Virus record (IMG/VR): IMGVR_UViG_3300023202_000068
Span: 89,540 to 153,539 of that record
Direction: 5' to 3' (one strand)
DNA: 64,000 bases
Source: a virus
Positions 48,452 to 56,958 of this stretch are shown here, piece after piece. Every line of letters begins with the position of its first letter. The stretch's first letter is position 1. The notes beneath the pieces were generated by a model that worked only from the letters and a program-made list of their open reading frames with translations, was not told the origin of the DNA and made no database searches. Position numbers and translations under genes: made by a program.

Positions 48452-48764
48452 AATTATAGTAGTAGTCTGCACTTGCAGATTCCTTTACAGAGTCTATGAT
48501 AAAAGGTTCAATGTCAAGTGAAGAAATTTCAAGAAACATTTTTTTCGCCAACTCTATGTCAAATTTACACTTAGCGTAAAGCTTACCTACAACCGTGCGA
48601 GCAATTCTTTCGCTGTTGTCAAACCTAGAGCCGCGCATAATCATTAATCGGTGATCTACTTCACCATCAGCAAGTTCTATGATATTTTCCTTCATGAAAT
48701 CAATCTTACCCTTAAGAAGAGTAAGCTTGTCTTGATCGAATTGTGTAATGTCTACAGAAACCAT
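48435..48764 (-). CDS. Hypothetical protein
   Basis: GGAGG SD before ATG 48764; first gene after a sigma70-like promoter. Confidence 0.65.
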   Translation of the reverse strand: MVSVDITQFDQDKLTLLKGKIDFMKENIIELADGEVDHRLMIMRGSRFDNSERIARTVVGKLYAKCKFDIELAKKMFLEISSLDIEPFIIDSVKESASADYYYNYEKDY

Positions 48765-48784
48765 TGAAACCTCCCTATACACTT

Positions 48785-48813
48785 ATTACAACACAAGGTG
48801 GTGGGCAAGTCAA
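48785..48813 (-). promoter_or_regulatory. Sigma70-type promoter
   Basis: TTGACT-N17-TGTAAT overlapping the dnaE stop. Confidence 0.55.
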
Positions 48814-51800
48814 GATAAAATTGTAGGTTCTTCAATAAAAGTGTTTTGGATGTTTGTGTAGGACTTCCCTGGTTTTTTACTGTATAAAAAATAGACAATT
48901 GCACCTTTCTTTAACGCTGGGTCGTAGTCTAACTTACCTGATTCGAAGTTAGGCCATATTACTTTTTCAGACACATAGCCCGAAGAATCTATAATCATTT
49001 TAAAGGCTTGGCGCTCACCGCCCTTATACGTAAACACATCTGTATCCATAATGTAGCCAGGAGTCACAAAGTAGACTTCTTTGCTCAGGTCAGCATTGTC
49101 GATGCGCTGAAGGTGTTCTCCGTCCAATAATCTATACTCAGCAACACCATTGGTCAATGTCATTCCATTGCCATTTGTGATGATTTTCATACTTGAGCTA
49201 GCTTTTAGAGACTTAATCAGATCTAAGTTCATAGTCGGAAAAACTGATTTTTTTATTTGAAAGGCCTTTTTCGAATTAATACCTATAAAGTCTTCTGGGA
49301 CCTCGGCTGGCTTTGGACCTTTTTTCTTCAACCTTTCAATTTGACCAGTGATAGATTTGCGCTTCTTTTCAAATTCTCCAGCCTCATGGTTTTCCATTAG
49401 GTCACGCAGTGCTTGGTGTTTTTCTGAAAGTTTATTTTCAAAAGCGACTCTTTGTACCGCTTCTTCATAGAGGTTTAGCTTGGTTAGGTCTGCCAGTCCA
49501 GGTTCAAATAAAGAGTCTAGTGCCCCTACATATATGAGCTTCCTAGAGAGTGCGGGTCCACAAACTTTCTTCTTTACAAAATCATCTAAATTAACATAGG
49601 GTCTTTTAGATATAATCTTCTCAGCATAGCTAGTTCCTAAGCCACTGATAACAGAAAGCTTATTGCGAATCTTGCCTATGTCGTAGTCAATCTCCATTTG
49701 TTCTGTTGAAGTATTAACGTCTGGTGGTAAAACCATATCTTTAACATACTTGTAGAATACTTCGTTAATCTCTTTATCATCGGCGTTTGATAGTACAGCA
49801 GCCCACCACTCAAGTGGATAGTGATACTTTAAGAAGGCACATGCGTATGAGATAACAGAGTATGCAACGGCATGGGACTTGTTGAAACCATATCTGGCAA
49901 AAGTCTCCATCATATCCCAGATTTGCTCTGCTGTTGCGGCGTCAACTTTCTTAGAAGCCCCTTCAATAAACACAGGTTTTAATGAGTCAATTAGCTTCTT
50001 TTTCTTCTTACCCACAGCGATTCGCACGTTTTCTGCGTCGATTACGTTCATACCGGCTAATTCTTTAGCAAGCTTTGTAACCTGCTCTTGAAAAACCAGT
50101 ACTCCATAGGTCTCTGGTAACATTTCATCTAGTATTGGAAGTTCACCCTTTGACTCTCCACGTTTACGATATGCATATTCTTGTGCCATGTTTCTACCAG
50201 TTGCTTCATCAATAAAATCTAATGGTCCTGGTCTCCCTAACGATGTGATGACAGCACAATCTATGACCGATTCAGGCATGATGTCTTGAACAAGTGGGGT
50301 AGCAGTTACTGAATTTAGCTGAAAAACAGTCTCAGTCTTGCCTTCCCATAGCATTTTGAATACATTTTCGTCTACAGGTAGGTCCCATGCATACGTCTTC
50401 TCCCCATTATGTGTGAAATATCCCGTAGGCATCTCTGTGTCTTTGTTCTTTTTATTGAGGTATTTTAGGCAAAGGTTTACATCTTTTAACGCTGCAACAA
50501 CTAAGAAGTCATACTTAATTAGACCTGCGGCCTCACAGTCTTTATGTGTCGGCTGGGTTACACGTCTAACGCCGCCCACTTCCATAATCGGAACTGTTTC
50601 TTCAATATCTGCGTCTGAGATTACATATGCACAAGCATGTCTTGAGTCCTGTCTGGATAAAGAAAGTGCACGTTTTACAATATTCCACTCATCAGGTCTA
50701 TCTTCAGAGTACTTCTTTAAGTCTGGGTTGATGTCAATCAGACCATCAACGTGTGCGCCGTCTTTTTCGTATCCGAAAACAAAGTCTTGATCACTCACTC
50801 CTTGAGGCGTATTAGGTAGAGACTTTGACAAGGCTTGTATTTCAGGCTCTAGAGTTCCACCGTTCATAAACCTATTAGCATCAAGAATGGCTGATTTAAT
50901 TCGTAACAAGGTTCTAGTGGAGACTTGAGCTGCTTTTTTGCCGTACTTATTAAATAGGTAGCCAGAATTATTATCCTTACCTACAAGTGGTATTCGAGAC
51001 TCTAAGTCACAATCGATATCTGGCAAGTTACCAGACTGAACACGGTCAATGGTTAAGAATCTTGAAGATGATAGTCCGTATTTGATAGGGTCAACGTGAG
51101 TAATACCGATTAGGTAGGAGATTAAAAAACCACCTGCAGAACCACGAGCAGGGCCTGTTAAGTGACCGTTTTTAGCGTAGAAATCATAAATGTCTGTAAT
51201 AGGAAGGAAGTATGGGATTAGATCAATAATGCCGTTCTTAGTAAGTAGCTCAAACTCTTCTCTAAATTGAGTTACATACCTTTCATCGTCCCACTTCATT
51301 CTACCCATCTCTTTAATTCGAGCCACTAGTAGTTTTTGCGGGTCACCTTCAGGTATAGGAAGTCTGTAGTCATAGTCGAGACTAAAGTCTTTAAAGCTCT
51401 CAGCCCACAACTCAGAGTTTTTAATTAAGTGATCAGGGTCTTCCCCTAAAGATCTGATGTAATCAACAACTTCAGACTCTTGAGTTGATCTGATATGTTG
51501 GGCTTGGTAGATACGCTTTTCATCCCCTAGCTTCATATCCTGTACGACCTTATCACCAGGGTCACTGTAAAAAGCATAGTTATTAATTAAGAGGAATCTG
51601 TACATTTGGTGTTGGTGCGCCATTTCAATAATAAATTTATTAGCTTCCGTTTGTACGTCTCGCATCTCTTGAAACTTGCTTGTAACTTCTACATTAGATA
51701 TGTCTTGAAACTCTTCTTTAATTTGATAGCGAATATTATTAACATACACAGCCTTGAGCTGTTTATGACCACGCTTTGATAGTTCGTTGGCTCTTGAGTT

Positions 51801-52445
51801 ATTCCACTTGTTAGTTTCCACACGATTTAGGGCTGGTATCTCAATATCGACACCGCCAGCCTGCAGCTTCATTACGTTCTGCCAATACTTGTCTTGTTGA
51901 TATGGAATAATGGAAGGCCAATATCTCCCTGAGGGAAACATTTGAGTTAGCTTTTTAAAATAAGCTTCGGCAACGTCTCTTCTGTCTACTAGTAAGTGCT
52001 TAGTTACGATATCTTCAACATCTGCTGTTGTAAGAGTTACATTAAGGGTCGATAGATATTCCAGGTCTTTCCAGTTGTGCAGGTTGAACATTTCACCATT
52101 CACCTCTACCTGCGGCCTGTCGGTCTCTGAGACGAGTTTTACGAGTGCCTGGTATGCTGGCTGGTCCACAGCGTGAACGATGAATTTGGAGTACCTGAAG
52201 GCTTCTGAGGGTGTACCCTGAGCAAGGTTACACGTAGGGTCTTTAAAATAAAGCTCAACCCCTGCTATAAATTTTACATCATTTTTCTTAGCGTAGTTAT
52301 AACCTCTAATTATTGACTTTAGGTGACCAGTATCGGTGCACGCAAAATAATTAACACCAAGACTGACTGTCTTGTCGATCATAGACTCAATAGTTGAGCC
52401 TGATAGGTGTGATTCTGGGTGGTTTACTGGACTAATGTAGCTCAT
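48810..52445 (-). CDS. dnaE: DNA polymerase III alpha subunit (family C)
   Basis: PHP-like N-term; GPARGSAGG, SRFL, LPDIDCD, KYDFL, VFQL, RPGP, TYGVLVFQEQ, YGFNKSHAVAY. Confidence 0.95.
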   Translation of the reverse strand: MSYISPVNHPESHLSGSTIESMIDKTVSLGVNYFACTDTGHLKSIIRGYNYAKKNDVKFIAGVELYFKDPTCNLAQGTPSEAFRYSKFIVHAVDQPAYQALVKLVSETDRPQVEVNGEMFNLHNWKDLEYLSTLNVTLTTADVEDIVTKHLLVDRRDVAEAYFKKLTQMFPSGRYWPSIIPYQQDKYWQNVMKLQAGGVDIEIPALNRVETNKWNNSRANELSKRGHKQLKAVYVNNIRYQIKEEFQDISNVEVTSKFQEMRDVQTEANKFIIEMAHQHQMYRFLLINNYAFYSDPGDKVVQDMKLGDEKRIYQAQHIRSTQESEVVDYIRSLGEDPDHLIKNSELWAESFKDFSLDYDYRLPIPEGDPQKLLVARIKEMGRMKWDDERYVTQFREEFELLTKNGIIDLIPYFLPITDIYDFYAKNGHLTGPARGSAGGFLISYLIGITHVDPIKYGLSSSRFLTIDRVQSGNLPDIDCDLESRIPLVGKDNNSGYLFNKYGKKAAQVSTRTLLRIKSAILDANRFMNGGTLEPEIQALSKSLPNTPQGVSDQDFVFGYEKDGAHVDGLIDINPDLKKYSEDRPDEWNIVKRALSLSRQDSRHACAYVISDADIEETVPIMEVGGVRRVTQPTHKDCEAAGLIKYDFLVVAALKDVNLCLKYLNKKNKDTEMPTGYFTHNGEKTYAWDLPVDENVFKMLWEGKTETVFQLNSVTATPLVQDIMPESVIDCAVITSLGRPGPLDFIDEATGRNMAQEYAYRKRGESKGELPILDEMLPETYGVLVFQEQVTKLAKELAGMNVIDAENVRIAVGKKKKKLIDSLKPVFIEGASKKVDAATAEQIWDMMETFARYGFNKSHAVAYSVISYACAFLKYHYPLEWWAAVLSNADDKEINEVFYKYVKDMVLPPDVNTSTEQMEIDYDIGKIRNKLSVISGLGTSYAEKIISKRPYVNLDDFVKKKVCGPALSRKLIYVGALDSLFEPGLADLTKLNLYEEAVQRVAFENKLSEKHQALRDLMENHEAGEFEKKRKSITGQIERLKKKGPKPAEVPEDFIGINSKKAFQIKKSVFPTMNLDLIKSLKASSSMKIITNGNGMTLTNGVAEYRLLDGEHLQRIDNADLSKEVYFVTPGYIMDTDVFTYKGGERQAFKMIIDSSGYVSEKVIWPNFESGKLDYDPALKKGAIVYFLYSKKPGKSYTNIQNTFIEEPTILS

Positions 52446-53086
52446 TGACTCTCGATGATTTTGAGAAGGTTGTTTTCAGACGTTTGATTAATCAATACGT
52501 CTTTTTTTACCTGCGTAATAAGTTCACGCATTTTGCGGTAAACTTGAATATTCATTTTAACATCACCCATGGCATTATGGGCATCTATTTCAGGAATATT
52601 GAAATAATCAGCAAGTCCTGTTAGTCTGGTATTCATACTCTTGGGTAAGATACCTACGTCTTGTAAAAATGTGGTGACGTTTGTTGTGTCTAATTGGTGG
52701 TAATGGATTAGCTTGTCCCATGTTTCTTTAGGCATAAGTTGGTGCCAGATAAAGCGATTATCAAAGTCAATGTTGTGTCCACAAGGTCTAAAGTGCTTTC
52801 TCTTACCCTTTATCTTGTGTTTTTCTAAAAAAGCTAATAACTTAGCCTGACCTTCCTTGTACGTGAGTGTAGCGGGGTCATTTAAGTGTTCTTGTAAATT
52901 AATCCCGTTAATCTTTAGGGCCTCTACATCTACACTTAGATCTTTTAAATCTGCAGGTTTTAGTTGCAAATAAAGTGAGTCGATTGTTTTTAAATTTTCA
53001 TCGCACACGTCGAAGTACGCTGTAAGCAAAGATTGCTTGTCGTGGTATAAGCCACCTGTCTCACAGTCATAAAACATTAACCACAT
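52442..53086 (-). CDS. dnaQ: DEDDh 3'-5' exonuclease (Pol III epsilon-like)
   Basis: DCETGG, GHNIDFD, LDT, AHNAMGDV; ATGA-coupled to dnaE. Confidence 0.85.
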   Translation of the reverse strand: MWLMFYDCETGGLYHDKQSLLTAYFDVCDENLKTIDSLYLQLKPADLKDLSVDVEALKINGINLQEHLNDPATLTYKEGQAKLLAFLEKHKIKGKRKHFRPCGHNIDFDNRFIWHQLMPKETWDKLIHYHQLDTTNVTTFLQDVGILPKSMNTRLTGLADYFNIPEIDAHNAMGDVKMNIQVYRKMRELITQVKKDVLINQTSENNLLKIIESQ

Positions 53087-53115
53087 AGTTACCTCCTGTT
53101 TCACAAACAAAATAA

Positions 53116-53127
53116 TAATCTTTATAA
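53116..53127 (+). promoter_or_regulatory. Putative late-promoter motif TAATCTTTATAA driving the GIY-YIG gene
   Basis: Same core as motifs before virion genes; 26 bp upstream of ATG 53154. Confidence 0.5.
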
Positions 53128-53153
53128 GTGTACCACAAAATTAAGGATAAAAA

Positions 53154-53747
53154 ATGAGTAAATATTACATTTATTACCACAGAGATCCCCGACCAGAACA
53201 TAAGGGTTGGAAGCGATATATTGGTAAGGGTAGTGGTAGCAGAGCTTTTGATTTTAAAAACAGAAAAGCCAAGCACCTGCATTGGATACAAAAATTAGAA
53301 AAGAGTGGGTTAAAACCCATTGTTGAAATAGTTGAAAATTTTGATAAAGAATCGGATGCATACAAAAGAGAAAAAGAATTAATTAAAAAATATAGGGATT
53401 TGGGATACAACCTATGTAACTTAACAAACGGTGGAGAAGGTGGTGGTGGAGAAGCCGTTGTGGAGTCTAATAAGAGGCGTAGGGGAGAAAGAAGGTGTAA
53501 TAAATCAAGGTTTGGTAATAAACACGCACTAGGTAGCAAGAGAACACCAGAGCAGATAAAAAAAATGTCTGAGGTAGCGAGAGGTAATAAAAATAGAGCC
53601 AGAAAAATAAAATGCTTAAATAACAATAAAATATACGAATCGGTAAAATCTGCTAGTGAAACTCTAGGGTTAGATAATAGGTCGCTACATCGCGTGCTAA
53701 AGGGAGAGTGGTCGCACACAAAGGGGTATAAGTTTAAATACATCTAG
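53154..53747 (+). CDS. GIY-YIG homing endonuclease with NUMOD3/NUMOD1-like DNA-binding tails
   Basis: YIY...RYIGKG...R, E..LI, NLT.GGEG, G.KRT.EQ..KMS, C-terminal HTH ending GYKFKY; inserted against operon direction. Confidence 0.88.
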   Translation: MSKYYIYYHRDPRPEHKGWKRYIGKGSGSRAFDFKNRKAKHLHWIQKLEKSGLKPIVEIVENFDKESDAYKREKELIKKYRDLGYNLCNLTNGGEGGGGEAVVESNKRRRGERRCNKSRFGNKHALGSKRTPEQIKKMSEVARGNKNRARKIKCLNNNKIYESVKSASETLGLDNRSLHRVLKGEWSHTKGYKFKYI

Positions 53748-53959
53748 AGTCCTATAAGTTTTTTAATTTTACCAATAGCAGATTGATACGTTTGCTCAAT
53801 CTCTTCTTCAGTCATTAATAATAACTTACTCATACGCTTGTCGTCAACCCCATCTGGGTTTTTTTCTAATAATTTATTGAGGGAATTACCCAGGCGTGGG
53901 CAATAGATAAAATCATCGTCTTTTGCAATTTTTTTACGAAGCTGGTCTGCGTTTTTCAT
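53744..53959 (-). CDS. Small protein resembling an isolated sigma70 region 4
   Basis: DG...KRMSKLLLMTEEEIEQTYQSAIGKIK resembles the region 4.2 HTH and following helix. Confidence 0.45.
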   Translation of the reverse strand: MKNADQLRKKIAKDDDFIYCPRLGNSLNKLLEKNPDGVDDKRMSKLLLMTEEEIEQTYQSAIGKIKKLIGL

Positions 53960-54360
53960 GTACTACCTTTTACCTTACGCTTTTTCTGGTCGAAGAATAA
54001 AACGACTTTTTGACTTTCGACGAATTTCTTGTGAGCATCGTAGTCAATTTTGTAGGTATCAAACTTCCTGTAAAGTTTATCCAGTCTGTCTGTTGTAATT
54101 TTTATCTCGTATTTTTTTTGACTTATTCTCTTGTCGATATATTCAAGTTCTTCTAAGGTTCTTCTGTACTGTACAACCATGGCGATTACTTTTTCTAACT
54201 TAAGAATGCGAAGGTTTTCATTTAGAGTAGCCTGAACTATCTCCATATACTCAAGATCTTTATTCATCATGAATAAGTCTCTTTCGTGAATATCTATATC
54301 AAGCTCTATACCTATTAGGTTGTCGCGCAGTTGTTTGAGCTTCACTAGGTCTTCTCTCAT
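53956..54360 (-). CDS. Coiled-coil hypothetical protein
   Basis: 134 aa heptad-rich ORF; ATGA overlap with next gene. Confidence 0.65.
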   Translation of the reverse strand: MREDLVKLKQLRDNLIGIELDIDIHERDLFMMNKDLEYMEIVQATLNENLRILKLEKVIAMVVQYRRTLEELEYIDKRISQKKYEIKITTDRLDKLYRKFDTYKIDYDAHKKFVESQKVVLFFDQKKRKVKGST

Positions 54361-54430
54361 TAGGTGGTTCCATTATTATATACAAAATTGTACCTCCTAA
54401 TGATATACCACGCTTTATGAGTTTTTTTGA

Positions 54431-56266
54431 CTAATCTTCAAGTCGCCAAGAAATGCGACCGTCTTTTGATCGGATCATATTAACTAGTTGTCTTGAGCCG
54501 TTAGGATATTGTAGGCACATAGTGTTTGTCCAAGATGAAGGACCTGTGTTGTAGTGAAGTTTAAGCTTAGTAGACGTACCTACCTGGTAAACTTCCCTCA
54601 TAATACCTGCAGTGTGTGAGTGCCCCACCGTAGCTTTATAATAAGCTTTCTCAAGGTTAGGTAGTGAGCCTCTAGAGCCATTAGCTCCCTTGTCACCGTG
54701 CGCACCGTTTTCTATGCCGTAAATCTTATAGTCTTCATCTCTGTTCAACCAGTTGATGTCTGTGGCTCTCTCATAGCCCAACTGCTCTTCAATTAAAACT
54801 CTCAACGGATCTTTACCATCCATATAAGCTTTAACTAAGTCTAGAGAGTCATATAGGTTTGCTGGGTCATCTTTCCAGCGACCTTCTTTGATGTAGCGAT
54901 CTAGAGCTTCATCATGATTAGACTTTACAACAGTCAGCTTATCTACGCGTTCACGCCACTCTGTAAGCCAATCACGGGTAATCTCACCCTCACCAACTAG
55001 AGTGTGTCTTTCTTCTCTAGCAAGTATTGCACGAATTACAGGGTCTTGTTCATGGTGGTTATTAAACCTACAGTCAAAAAGATCGTGCACTACAATTTCT
55101 GTAGAATTTGCATACTCTACAATTTCTTGTAAACACTTGTCAACGCTTAAGTCGTGAGAGCCCACGTGGGTGTCTCCGAAAATAGCTGCAGACTCTTCAA
55201 CTTCAGTGACAGTGCCGTCAGGGTTATATTTCCAACCTAAATCGATAAATGAACCGTCGTCATCTGCTTGAATTTGTCGAAAGTGAAATAGTTTGTTATC
55301 TGCAATTTCTACAATGATAGCGCCAATAACGTGATCAAAGTCAGCTAGGTATGACGTTCTCTTACTCATTGAAAGATCTGTTGAGTAGTCACGCTTAGTA
55401 ATTGCACCAGTGGTCATAAGAGCACGTGGAATCTTAGTATTAGAGTTTGCAACAAACTTAAGATATTGTTTCGGGGATGCCAGGGCTGTAGAGCCTTTGG
55501 CCTGTGCAATCCTGTCAAGTCCGGTAATTGGATTAACCTGCTTTGCACTTACACGAATACTAGATAGGTAAAACTTTTCATTCAAGTATAGATCGTCAAA
55601 GACAATGTTTGAGCTTCTAAGCTTTCTATCAAGTTCCCAGTCGAATATTGAGTTTCTACTAGCCACGTCTTCACATGGTAAAATTAACAACATAGAGTCT
55701 TCAACTTCATTGTGGGTCTGAATAGCGTTAAGAAAGTTTTCTTCTACTTCCTTACCAGACACAGCAGCAGTAATTATAAAGCGTTTTTTATTCTTGACTG
55801 ACTTCTGAACACCTTTGAAGTAATCTCTAGTAAAAATAGAGTCATTTACAAGATCGTCAAATATCTCAGGAAATTCTTCCTTAGCGGCAAAGTACAGCCC
55901 CATACGACCACCAAACAGTTTATTAATACTATTTGAGGTGATACCTTTTGACTTAAGAACTTTAATACTAGGGGTAATACCGTGCTCTTCAACATAAGCT
56001 CGGTAAATCTCCAGTATAGAGTTTTTAGTAATATCTTCAAGTTCTTCTGGACTTAGCTTTGATTCTTCACTAGGAAAGTAAAGTTCACGAGCGTTAGAGA
56101 ATCCACCAAGCTCATTAAGCTGCTTCTTATTTAGTCTTGGCAAGTCATTGTCAACTGCGTGACGTAACCATCTGTCACGAGTCAACTGATTTGGATTACA
56201 CTTTATTTGATCAGCAACCAGTTGTAGTGACTGCTTAAATCGCTGTATAAGCTCTTTATTTGTCAT
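54431..56266 (-). CDS. Large metallophosphoesterase-domain protein with N-terminal helical repeats
   Basis: FGDTHVG, HDLFD, KSNHD, HGD.G.NGSRG, GHSH, VG.S. Confidence 0.8.
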   Translation of the reverse strand: MTNKELIQRFKQSLQLVADQIKCNPNQLTRDRWLRHAVDNDLPRLNKKQLNELGGFSNARELYFPSEESKLSPEELEDITKNSILEIYRAYVEEHGITPSIKVLKSKGITSNSINKLFGGRMGLYFAAKEEFPEIFDDLVNDSIFTRDYFKGVQKSVKNKKRFIITAAVSGKEVEENFLNAIQTHNEVEDSMLLILPCEDVASRNSIFDWELDRKLRSSNIVFDDLYLNEKFYLSSIRVSAKQVNPITGLDRIAQAKGSTALASPKQYLKFVANSNTKIPRALMTTGAITKRDYSTDLSMSKRTSYLADFDHVIGAIIVEIADNKLFHFRQIQADDDGSFIDLGWKYNPDGTVTEVEESAAIFGDTHVGSHDLSVDKCLQEIVEYANSTEIVVHDLFDCRFNNHHEQDPVIRAILAREERHTLVGEGEITRDWLTEWRERVDKLTVVKSNHDEALDRYIKEGRWKDDPANLYDSLDLVKAYMDGKDPLRVLIEEQLGYERATDINWLNRDEDYKIYGIENGAHGDKGANGSRGSLPNLEKAYYKATVGHSHTAGIMREVYQVGTSTKLKLHYNTGPSSWTNTMCLQYPNGSRQLVNMIRSKDGRISWRLED

Positions 56267-56274
56267 GTACCGTC

Positions 56275-56958
56275 CTAAGCCTGTGGAGCCTCTAGATCAA
56301 CGTCTTTTGGCTCTTCTGAAGCGGCCACTTCTTCGGCCACACCACTCCCTTCATCTGAAGATTGTGGTTCTTCAAAGTTTTTCTCTATCTCAGGGATAGT
56401 ATACACTTCATTGATCTGCAAGTCAAGTGCGTCACTTTCTTCATAGAAAACAACTACATCGCCGACTTTCTTACCCTTAAGTTTTTCTTGATTTTCCTCA
56501 GTCATACTGGGCATTGCAAACTGCACTCTTGGGTTAACTTCGTTACCCTCTTTGTCGATTTCAGAACCAACAACAAAAGATCTGTCGCCAATTTCAGAGT
56601 CGTTATCTGGGGTAAGGGCTTCTAGCTCTACAAGCTTAGCTACTTTTTGCTTAAGCTGATTAACAGAGTAATCTAGCATTTTCTTAGAAACATAGTCGTT
56701 TGTGTCAGTGGCTTCAATTGTAGCATCTACACGAGTCCTTACATCTACAAGACTTTTCTGGAGTTTACTGAACTCATCTGCAACGGCTCCCATTTTTTCA
56801 TTTTGATTTTCTTGGAGCTGAGATAAAGCCTGGTTTACACTGCTGGTTAAACCTTCAAGGCTTTGCTTAATCGACATCACATTCTGCTCAAGATTTAAGA
56901 TTCTTTGTGCAGCGTTTGGTTGTTTAGCAGGAATTTTTCCTTGAGACTTATTTTTCAT
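56275..56958 (-). CDS. Coiled-coil protein with trigger-factor/FKBP-like C-terminal segment
   Basis: EIGD...V...G.E...LKGKKVGD.V......I.EVY pattern. Confidence 0.5.
   Translation of the reverse strand: MKNKSQGKIPAKQPNAAQRILNLEQNVMSIKQSLEGLTSSVNQALSQLQENQNEKMGAVADEFSKLQKSLVDVRTRVDATIEATDTNDYVSKKMLDYSVNQLKQKVAKLVELEALTPDNDSEIGDRSFVVGSEIDKEGNEVNPRVQFAMPSMTEENQEKLKGKKVGDVVVFYEESDALDLQINEVYTIPEIEKNFEEPQSSDEGSGVAEEVAASEEPKDVDLEAPQA

Noticed and set aside
53174-53743. 189-aa minus-strand ORF co-oriented with the operon
   Set aside because: Exact antisense of the motif-rich GIY-YIG gene; L/F/S/P-rich composition typical of a shadow ORF
54300-54400. 28-codon TTG-initiated ORF behind a strong AGGAGGT SD, overlapping the start of 53956-54360 in another frame
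   Set aside because: No recognisable features; leader peptide, frameshift and chance cannot be distinguished without homologues
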